A stretch of 8,707 nucleotides of DNA. Source: Candidatus Electronema aureum. Lineage in GTDB: Bacteria; Desulfobacterota; Desulfobulbia; Desulfobulbales; Desulfobulbaceae. The notes under the pieces were generated by a model that was given only the letters and a program-made list of their open reading frames with translations, was not told the DNA's origin and made no database searches. A program made the translations under genes and the position numbers. Shown here in pieces: positions 1 through 5,351 of this stretch; the first letter of the stretch is position 1, and each line of letters opens with the position of its first letter. The stretch is from positions 1 through 8,707 of the forward strand of contig NQJD01000062.1 of assembly GCA_004284765.1 (NCBI GenBank), read 5' to 3'.

Positions 1-726
1 ATTCGCCCTCTGAAAACTGAGACCAAGTCGGAAGTCAACTTTTTCAATATTATATTGTTTTTAATGGTAAATTCAATGTGTTTTTTAGGGAGCCGTTCGC
101 TTTGCCACTCATGGTTCACCATTACCCAATATGTGAAAGATCTTTCTGATATGGTTATCCTTGATTCTCTGTTGAGTCAGCAGGATCGCTTTGGCAACCA
201 GCACAAGAAAGCATATATCTACAAGATAGAAGGCGACAAGATCAAAAAGCATAAAGTAAAAGCCGCCAAAAACAGCTCTGGGAAAGCTATCGGCTGGAGA
301 ATCGGCATAGAGGAAAAAGCGTTGATCGATCAGGGCGGGGTTCTTGTTCAAGAGTTCTTGATGAAGGATAATGACTGCGGAGTCAAGAAGACAAACATTC
401 AGATGAATGCCAAAACGATTGAGAAGGTACGACACATCAGCCCTTCAAGCTATTTCAGGCTTGTAAAGCTCAGGACATCTGTGCAAGATGAGCAGGCCTT
501 ACCTGTAAGCAAACGGGTGATTGAGAACTATTTCAAGACTGAGCTGTTATTCACAGACAGCGACATGAAATCATTTTACTCAAATTTAGAAAAGGTTACT
601 TCTTCTTTGCAGAAGAGTTGTAAGGCAGGTCTGCTGAAATTAGATGCAGACGTGCATATTCAGTTGCAACGTAAAGAAGCTCCAACTTATTGCGAGCTTG
701 ATCAAGCGTCTGCTACATTCCTGTAG
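1..726 (+). CDS. Hypothetical protein, 5'-partial (open to the left window edge); possible atypical-kinase-like C-terminal lobe
   Basis: Frame 1 has no stop from nt 1 to TAG 724-726. The 223-aa track ORF (TTG at 55) is therefore probably the tail of a longer protein. The ordered motifs LSDMVILDSLLSQQDRFGN, FLMKDNDCG and SSYFRLVKL recall the catalytic loop (D-R-x-x-N), the metal loop (D-N-x-x-G) and the following helix of Fam20/CotH/HipA-style atypical kinases. This is pattern recall, not a search result. Confidence 0.5.
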   Translation: MRPLKTETKSEVNFFNIILFLMVNSMCFLGSRSLCHSWFTITQYVKDLSDMVILDSLLSQQDRFGNQHKKAYIYKIEGDKIKKHKVKAAKNSSGKAIGWRIGIEEKALIDQGGVLVQEFLMKDNDCGVKKTNIQMNAKTIEKVRHISPSSYFRLVKLRTSVQDEQALPVSKRVIENYFKTELLFTDSDMKSFYSNLEKVTSSLQKSCKAGLLKLDADVHIQLQRKEAPTYCELDQASATFL

Positions 727-967
727 CCTTTCATCAGCAGTACATCGATATTGCTCACGTTCCAGCCTACTTGCTCTGCTGTGTGCAGGTTGGAACGTGT
801 ATATTCTCCTCCTGCGCACTCTCTTGCAATTCTGTCGTAGTCCTCAATATAACCTTACAATGATGTAACCAACCTATCTCGCATCTACCTCCCTCCTTTG
901 CCAAGCCTTTCCAGTAACCTTCCTGAATCATAGAATCTTATCAGAATAACGCCGAAAATGTGCGAGT

Positions 968-983
968 TGGCACGCTTTATGAA
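968..983 (+). promoter_or_regulatory. Candidate sigma-54 (-24/-12) promoter upstream of the nifV-nifA fusion ORF
   Basis: TGGCAC (968-973) is a perfect -24 element. After the canonical 5-nt spacer comes ATGAA (979-983) against the consensus TTGCA, so the -12 GC reads GA. The predicted +1 is near 994, about 44 nt before ATG 1038, which leaves the GGAGG Shine-Dalgarno inside the leader. Confidence 0.3.
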
Positions 984-1037
984 TGTAGTTGTCTGAACAG
1001 TTTCTTTTTTGTGAAGAGAGCCAAGCGGAGGCAGTGG

Positions 1038-3965
1038 ATGCACAGGTGCGAACTCATTGACACCACCCTGAGAGAAGGAGCGCAGGCACCGGGCGTTGCC
1101 TTCACCGCAGCGGCCCGCCTGCGCATTATTGCTGGGCTGGCGCAAGTCGGCATTGACGAGCTTGAGCTGGGCGCAGCTTCGCCGCTGCATCCGTGGCTGC
1201 CGGAGCTGCTCCACGAGGCCCGCGATTTGGTTGCCCAATCCTGCTGTCTCGCTCTCTGGTGCCGCTGCAAGGACGACGACATCGCCTTTGCCGCTGCCTG
1301 TCATCCCGACGTGCTGTCGCTGTCCATCCCCGTGTCTGACCGCCACATCCGCGAGCGTCTGCGCAAAGACCGCAGCTGGGTGCGCGAGACGCTGATTCAT
1401 TCTATCGAGCTGGCCTTGTCGCTGGGCATTCCTTCCATTTCTGTTGGCTTAGAAGATGCCTCCCGCGCCGAGCTGGACTTTGTTTGCGCAATGGCAAAGA
1501 CCGCAACGCAGCACGGCGCACGCCGCATCCGCCTCGCAGATACGGTGGGCATCTGCTCACCAGGCAGCATCCGCACGCTGGTGCTGGCCGTGAAAGGCGC
1601 GGTCAACCTGCCTATTGGGGTGCATTGCCACAATGATTTCGGCATGGCCACCGCGAATTCCATTGCCGCGCTTGAGGCAGGAGCCGTCAGTCTCGATGCA
1701 GCCGTGCTTGGCTTAGGCGAGCGGGCGGGCTGTTGCCGTCTTGAGGAAGCCGTCGGGTATCTCGCCTTGGTGCAGGGCAATCGCCGCTACAAGCCTGAGC
1801 ATCTGCCTGCGCTCTGCCAAGCCGTGGCTGAAGCAAGCGGCAGGAGCATCGCCGCCAGCCATCCTTTGGTCGGCGCAGATATCTTCACCTGCGAGACTGG
1901 CCTGCATCAGCACGGGCTGGCAATCAATCCGGCCACCTATGAGCCGTATCCGCCAGAGCGAGTTGGCAGCCAAAGAACCCTTCGTTTCGGCGAGAAGACA
2001 GGCAGGCGGGCCGTGGCTCTCCAGTTGGCAAAGCACGGCCTGCATCTTGAGGAAAGCGAAATCCAACAGCTTACCCGGCAGGTTCGTGCCTGCGGCAGCG
2101 TCCTCAGCGAGGGTGAACTGCTCCGCTTTGCGGCGACGGGGAGGAATGGCACAGCACACAGCAGAGGACTGATGAAGGGCACTGGTGATCTTATGGTGAA
2201 CATCACCAGTGAGGAGCGAGGCTGCACACTGGTGTCGAGCGTGTCTCCTCACCAGTGTCGAGAAGCGGACATCACTAGTGAGGAGAAGGCGACCACACCA
2301 GTGTCCTTTGCCAATGAACAGCAAACAGGGCCGCAAGGCTGCACAATAGAGGTATCATCCATGAACAATGAGAGCTGCATCTTTCCCACTTCCCGCTTTA
2401 CTACCGAGGCCTTGGAGGTCAAGGCACTGTACCGTATTGTTAAGCTAATCGATTCGGCAGTCCATCTCGATACCGTTCTGGCCGCTATTCTCAAGGTCTT
2501 GCACGACACCTTGCGCATGGAACGCGCGACCTTAGCCCTGCTTGATGACGACGGCCAGCGGCTGTCCATCTGCGCTTCCTATGGCCTGACTGTCGAGGAG
2601 GAACAGCGCGGGGTCTATAACTTAGATGAGGGCATCTGCGGCAAGGTCTTCAGCTCTGCCTCGCCCTTTATTGTCCCGGACGTGAGCAGCGAGCCGCTCT
2701 TCCTCAACCGCACTGGCGCACGCCCGATGTTCAGCAAGACGAAGATCGCCTTTATCGGGGTACCGGTACTGCTGGGCGAACAGCCAGTGGGCGTGCTGAG
2801 TGTGGATAGACTCTTTGGCATGGAGGTTTCGTTAGAGGAGGATGTCCGTTTCCTGACCGTGCTGGCAACGCTGATCGCCCAATTCCTCAGCCTCAACCGA
2901 GCGATCAGCCGCGACCGCCAGCAGCTTGTCGAGGAGAACATCAGCCTGAAAGCCCAGCTCCACGACCGCCACCGCAAGCACTACATCATCGGCCATTGCA
3001 AGGCGATGCAGGAGGTGTTCTGGAGCATTGAGCGGGTAGCACCCAGCCAAGCCACGGTCCTGCTGCTGGGTGATTCCGGTACTGGTAAGGAGATGGTTGC
3101 GCAGGCCATTCATGAGGCGAGCACGCGCCGCGACAGGCCCTTTATCAAGATTAACTGCGCCGCCCTGCCTGAGTCCTTGTTGGAGAGCGAGCTGTTCGGG
3201 CATGAGAAAGGAGCCTTCACTGGCGCGGGCGGCACACGTATCGGGCGATTTGAGATGGCGGATAAAGGTTCGCTCTTCCTTGATGAGATCGGCGAGATGC
3301 CCTTGCTGCTCCAGTCGAAGCTGCTGCGGGTTTTGCAGGAGCAGCAGTTCGAACGTCTTGGTTCCAACCGCACGATCAAGGTAGATGTGCGCATCATTGC
3401 CGCCACCAATGTTAGCTTACAGCAGGCCGTGATCAACGGCAGCTTCCGCAATGATCTCTACTATCGCCTCAACGTGGTGCCGATTATTCTGCCTTCCCTC
3501 AAGGAGAGGAAAGATGACATCCCGGTCTTGGTTGACCACTTTTTGAAACTGAGCAACGAGCGCAATAAGAAGAAGCTGCGGATGAGCAGGGATTTCCTTG
3601 AGGCGATGACTGGTTATGACTGGCCCGGCAATGTGCGTGAGTTGCAGAATCTGGTTGAGCGTTTGGTGATCCTCTCTGCCGGAGACCTGCTGCGCTTGGA
3701 AGACCTACCCGACTACTTCTTTGCGCCCAAGCAAGTGATCGCTTTGCCTCTCACGCAAGCTGTTGAGCCAGTGGTAAGCCAACCACCCGCCGCCCCGCAG
3801 CGGCGTAAGTCGTTAGAAGATGTTGAGCGCGAGCAGGTGGAGGAAGCCTTGCTCCGCCACGGCTGGGTGCAAGCGCGGGCAGCACGAGAGCTGGGCCTGA
3901 CGCAACGGCAGATTGGCTACAAGATACAGAAGTTTAAGCTGATCAGGCCGGAGTTTGCGAGGTAG
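1038..3965 (+). CDS. Fusion protein: NifV-like homocitrate synthase (HMGL-like / DRE-TIM metallolyase) domain plus a NifA-type sigma-54-dependent transcriptional activator (GAF, AAA+, Fis-type HTH)
   Basis: The frame is open across 960-3965. I place the start at ATG 1038 because GGAGG at 1027-1031 sits 6 nt upstream and the DTTLREGAQ motif then begins at residue 8, as in NifV/HCS N-termini. N-terminal half motifs: [69 protein letters not shown]-terminal half motifs: NifA-like GAF (ALYRIVKLI...GEGICGKV...FIGVPV...GVLSVDR), Walker [24 protein letters not shown], Walker [16 protein letters not shown], and [28 protein letters not shown]. The stop is TAG 3963-3965. Confidence 0.85.
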   Translation: MHRCELIDTTLREGAQAPGVAFTAAARLRIIAGLAQVGIDELELGAASPLHPWLPELLHEARDLVAQSCCLALWCRCKDDDIAFAAACHPDVLSLSIPVSDRHIRERLRKDRSWVRETLIHSIELALSLGIPSISVGLEDASRAELDFVCAMAKTATQHGARRIRLADTVGICSPGSIRTLVLAVKGAVNLPIGVHCHNDFGMATANSIAALEAGAVSLDAAVLGLGERAGCCRLEEAVGYLALVQGNRRYKPEHLPALCQAVAEASGRSIAASHPLVGADIFTCETGLHQHGLAINPATYEPYPPERVGSQRTLRFGEKTGRRAVALQLAKHGLHLEESEIQQLTRQVRACGSVLSEGELLRFAATGRNGTAHSRGLMKGTGDLMVNITSEERGCTLVSSVSPHQCREADITSEEKATTPVSFANEQQTGPQGCTIEVSSMNNESCIFPTSRFTTEALEVKALYRIVKLIDSAVHLDTVLAAILKVLHDTLRMERATLALLDDDGQRLSICASYGLTVEEEQRGVYNLDEGICGKVFSSASPFIVPDVSSEPLFLNRTGARPMFSKTKIAFIGVPVLLGEQPVGVLSVDRLFGMEVSLEEDVRFLTVLATLIAQFLSLNRAISRDRQQLVEENISLKAQLHDRHRKHYIIGHCKAMQEVFWSIERVAPSQATVLLLGDSGTGKEMVAQAIHEASTRRDRPFIKINCAALPESLLESELFGHEKGAFTGAGGTRIGRFEMADKGSLFLDEIGEMPLLLQSKLLRVLQEQQFERLGSNRTIKVDVRIIAATNVSLQQAVINGSFRNDLYYRLNVVPIILPSLKERKDDIPVLVDHFLKLSNERNKKKLRMSRDFLEAMTGYDWPGNVRELQNLVERLVILSAGDLLRLEDLPDYFFAPKQVIALPLTQAVEPVVSQPPAAPQRRKSLEDVEREQVEEALLRHGWVQARAARELGLTQRQIGYKIQKFKLIRPEFAR
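1050..2129 (+). other. nifV: NifV/homocitrate-synthase-like catalytic (HMGL-like) domain of the fusion ORF
   Basis: Residues 31-390 on track-ORF numbering. The DRE-TIM signature order is preserved: LREGxQ, ED.SRA, HxHxD.G, GLGERAG, GxH..G. There are deviations from the canonical NifV motifs as I recall them: GEQ becomes GAQ, GERAGNA becomes GERAGCC, and FTHEAGIH becomes FTCETGLH. Confidence 0.75.
2180..2303. repeat. Phased array of six CACYRGTG octamers in alternating orientation within the inter-domain linker
   Basis: CACTGGTG 2180-2187, CACCAGTG 2204-2211, CACTGGTG 2227-2234, CACCAGTG 2250-2257, CACTAGTG 2273-2280, CACCAGTG 2296-2303. Start-to-start spacing is 24, 23, 23, 23 and 23 bp. CACTGGTG and CACCAGTG are reverse complements, so each neighbouring pair can form an 8-9-bp hairpin. 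Flanks also repeat: acatCACYAGTGaggag at 2200 and 2269 (69 bp apart, giving ITSEE twice in the protein), and GTGtcgag at 2232 and 2255. Confidence 0.8.
2412..2879 (+). other. GAF sensory domain (NifA-type)
   Basis: Residues ~485-640: [51 protein letters not shown]...[11 protein letters not shown]...[16 protein letters not shown]...[22 protein letters not shown]. This matches the NifA N-terminal GAF pattern. Confidence 0.75.
2982..3674 (+). other. Sigma-54 interaction AAA+ domain
   Basis: Walker A GDSGTGKE (3069-3092), GAFTGA sigma-54 contact loop (3210-3227), Walker [32 protein letters not shown]. Confidence 0.9.
3822..3944 (+). other. C-terminal Fis-type helix-turn-helix DNA-binding domain (NifA-like)
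   Basis: [39 protein letters not shown] closely follows the NifA C-terminal pattern GWVQAKAAR.LG.T.RQ..Y.IQK. Confidence 0.85.
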
Positions 3966-3984
3966 GCCCAGCTCTCGTGCTGCC
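3878..3984. repeat. 21-bp perfect inverted repeat bracketing the last codons and the stop of the fusion gene
   Basis: GGCAGCACGAGAGCTGGGCCT at 3878-3898 (encodes AARELG of the HTH) and its exact reverse complement AGGCCCAGCTCTCGTGCTGCC at 3964-3984. The two arms are separated by 65 nt. The right arm overlaps stop codon TAG 3963-3965. Confidence 0.9.
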
Positions 3985-4115
3985 TCTTCCGGCGCAAGTT
4001 CCTCGCGGGCGATGGCGTGTTATTTTTTTTCGCCCTTGATCATGATCGATGTGGCTGGCATCAAGCGCGTCCCGCTTCTACAAAGATACCCTTTGCCACT
4101 GTCCCCTGTCAAACC

Positions 4116-4153
4116 AAAGCAGCCCGGACTGCTTTGCAATCCGGGCTGCTTTT
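4116..4153. terminator. Bidirectional Rho-independent terminator between convergent genes
   Basis: AAAGCAGCCCGGA (4116-4128) pairs perfectly with TCCGGGCTGCTTT (4140-4152) around an 11-nt loop. The GC-rich 10-bp core is followed by TTTT on the + strand and by TTTGGTTTG on the - strand. It lies between the fusion-gene stop (3965) and the HdrA-like remnant stop (4173-4175). Confidence 0.7.
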
Positions 4154-4172
4154 CCCCTCTGAAGCCGCTCAG

Positions 4173-4470
4173 TTAGGTAGCGATCTTCTCCCCAAACGCC
4201 CTGATCTGGGCCATGATGCCGTCTAAGGTGAAGCGGCCCATGTCAATGGCCATCGTTGGACAGCGGGCGGCGCAGACACCGCAGCCCTTGCAGGAGGCGG
4301 TGATGGTGCGGGCCTTGCGCTTCCTGAATGCCGGTGGAGAGCGCGAGCAGGTCGGCGGTCAGCTCCAGCTCCTCGCCCAGCAGCGGGTCGAAATCAAAAT
4401 AACGCACTGTAGGATTGCTGGCTTCCTGGGATGCTTCTGGTCGGAAATGCGCAAAATATCGCCCGTGAAT
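4173..4470 (-). pseudogene. Degraded HdrA-like (FAD-dependent pyridine-nucleotide-disulfide oxidoreductase with C-terminal 4Fe-4S ferredoxin motif) gene remnant
   Basis: My minus-strand translation gives two pieces. One frame (4470 down to the stop at 4243-4245) reads IHGRYFAHFRPEASQEASNPTVRYFDFDPLLGEELELTADLLALSTGIQEA..., where D-L-L-A-L-S-T-G-I resembles the DLVVLATG strand of HdrA-type flavoproteins. A second frame (4358 down to TAA 4173-4175) reads ...KARTITASCKGCGVCAARCPTMAIDMGRFTLDGIMAQIRAFGEKIAT*, a CxxCxxCxxxCP cluster motif at a typical HdrA C-terminus. There is no start codon or N-terminal FAD domain, the frame changes, and the two pieces are far closer together than in full-length HdrA. 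Confidence 0.55.
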
Positions 4471-4481
4471 TCATATCCTCC

Positions 4482-4520
4482 TTGTTCTGGAGCGTATTTC
4501 ATAGTACATTAAAGTGTACA
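4482..4520 (+). promoter_or_regulatory. yefM-yoeB promoter with paired GTAC-core operator palindromes
   Basis: TTGTTC (4482-4487), 17 nt, then TACATT (4505-4510) form candidate -35/-10 elements. AGTACA (4503-4508) and TGTACA (4515-4520) have centres 12 bp apart. This matches the paired TGTACA-core palindromes at 12-bp spacing that I recall for the E. coli yefM-yoeB operator. Confidence 0.5.
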
Positions 4521-4543
4521 TGTTCACTTGGGAGGGTAAATGT

Positions 4544-4795
4544 ATGGAGACGATTACTTACACCACTGCACGGGGCAGTCTTGCTAAAACAATGAAAAAA
4601 GTCTGTGACGATCATTCGCCGGTGATTATCACCCGAAAGACTGCGCCGCCGGTGGTGATGATGTCGCTGGAGGATTTCTCTTCTTTGGAGGAAACTGCCT
4701 ATCTGCTGCGAAGTCCTGAAAATGCTCGGCGGCTGCTCAGATCAATTGCTGAACTGGAGAACGGTAAAGGCTGTGAGAAGGAGCTGGAGGATTGA
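4544..4795 (+). CDS. yefM: Type II antitoxin, Phd/YefM family
   Basis: [32 protein letters not shown]...[30 protein letters not shown] aligns along its length with E. coli YefM (MRTISYSEARQNL...[17 protein letters not shown]). GGAGGG at 4531-4536 sits 7 nt before ATG 4544. The track start at 4514 would add 10 unaligned residues. Confidence 0.9.
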   Translation: METITYTTARGSLAKTMKKVCDDHSPVIITRKTAPPVVMMSLEDFSSLEETAYLLRSPENARRLLRSIAELENGKGCEKELED

Positions 4796-5046
4796 AGCTG
4801 ATATTTTCAGAAGAGGCGTGGGAGGACTATCTGTACTGGCAGCAGGCCGACAAAAAAACGTTGAAGCGTATCAACCTGCTGATTCGTGAGATTCAGCGCA
4901 CACCTTGTGCCGGAATCGGTAAACCGGAGCCGCTGAAGCACGGTCTGTCCGGGTACTGGTCCCGCCGGATTACGGATGAACACCGCATTGTCTATAAGGC
5001 GGAAGAGGGTGCGGTGTTCATTGCTCAACTTCGTTATCATTATTAA
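4792..5046 (+). CDS. yoeB: Type II toxin, YoeB family ribosome-dependent mRNA interferase
   Basis: [70 protein letters not shown]...LRYHY closely parallels E. coli YoeB, including the residues equivalent to catalytic E46, R65, H83 and Y84. The TTG start (4792) overlaps the yefM TGA (4793-4795), indicating translational coupling. AAGGAG lies at 4777-4782. Confidence 0.9.
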   Translation: MKLIFSEEAWEDYLYWQQADKKTLKRINLLIREIQRTPCAGIGKPEPLKHGLSGYWSRRITDEHRIVYKAEEGAVFIAQLRYHY

Positions 5047-5288
5047 ACCTTCTCTCCGTTTGTTTCCTTCTCAACTACCTTCATCTTATCTGCTACGGCC
5101 TGAAATTTGCCCAAACCGTACTTGACCATGACCTCGTCGCTGACCCGGTCAAAGCCAAGCGCAAGAATCACTACGCCTGTTGTTCTTGATCGATAGAGTA
5201 TATCCAAATAAATAGGGAAGTTTTGTTTATTCTGCTTGTGAAAAAAAATATGAAGCCTATTCTGCAATGGGAGAACATTTCTCCGCAT
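5043..5288 (-). CDS. Hypothetical 81-aa ORF, unrecognised; possibly a gene fragment
   Basis: This is support from an open frame only. Its stop overlaps the yoeB stop in a convergent arrangement. I see no convincing Shine-Dalgarno and recognise no family motif. The N-terminal half is low-complexity and basic. Confidence 0.2.
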   Translation of the reverse strand: MRRNVLPLQNRLHIFFHKQNKQNFPIYLDILYRSRTTGVVILALGFDRVSDEVMVKYGLGKFQAVADKMKVVEKETNGEKV

Positions 5289-5351
5289 GTCCTATCATCA
5301 GGTGCGTGAAGAAGCGTTACCAGATAAATAAATCAGTCCCCCTTTTCACAC

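Noticed and set aside
783-798. TGT-N10-ACG near-match to the NifA UAS upstream of the fusion gene
   Set aside because: One of only six specified bases is wrong in an already low-information motif, so it is indistinguishable from chance.
644-868. 74-aa ORF overlapping the end of the first CDS and the intergenic region
   Set aside because: It has no SD, overlaps a better-supported frame, and is Cys/Leu/Ser-rich with no motif.
960-1037. ATG at 960 as the start of the 1001-aa track ORF
   Set aside because: The extra 26 residues ([26 protein letters not shown]) have no counterpart in NifV/HCS N-termini. They lack a Shine-Dalgarno and would begin upstream of the candidate promoter. ATG 1038 has GGAGG at the ideal distance.
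2180-2303. CRISPR array or tandem protein repeat as the explanation for the phased octamers
   Set aside because: An 8-bp repeat with ~15-bp spacers is far too short for CRISPR, and no cas genes are present. The 23-bp period is not a multiple of three, so it is not a simple tandem peptide repeat.
2328-2343. GG-N10-GC element GGGCCGCAAGGCTGCA as a confident internal sigma-54 promoter
   Set aside because: It matches only 7 of 11 consensus positions. It would start transcription ~7 nt before ATG 2361, downstream of the only SD. I kept it as a caveat within a hypothesis, not as an annotated feature.
885-3451. Many 96-207-aa ORFs on both strands inside the fusion gene (e.g. 885..1400-, 977..1282-, 1096..1395+, 1397..1780-, 1713..2336-, 1741..2172+, 2249..2569-, 2615..2977-, 2832..3203-, 3070..3384+, 3110..3451-)
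   Set aside because: These are typical stop-poor alternative frames of a GC-rich gene. Their products are Arg/Ala/Ser/Pro-rich low-complexity sequence with no motifs, and all lie wholly within a strongly supported CDS.
3955-4512. Plus-strand ORFs 3955..4176, 4017..4226 and 4213..4512
   Set aside because: The first two run through the inverted-repeat arm, the T8 tract and the terminator hairpin. The third is the antisense shadow of the HdrA-like remnant. None has an SD or recognisable motifs.
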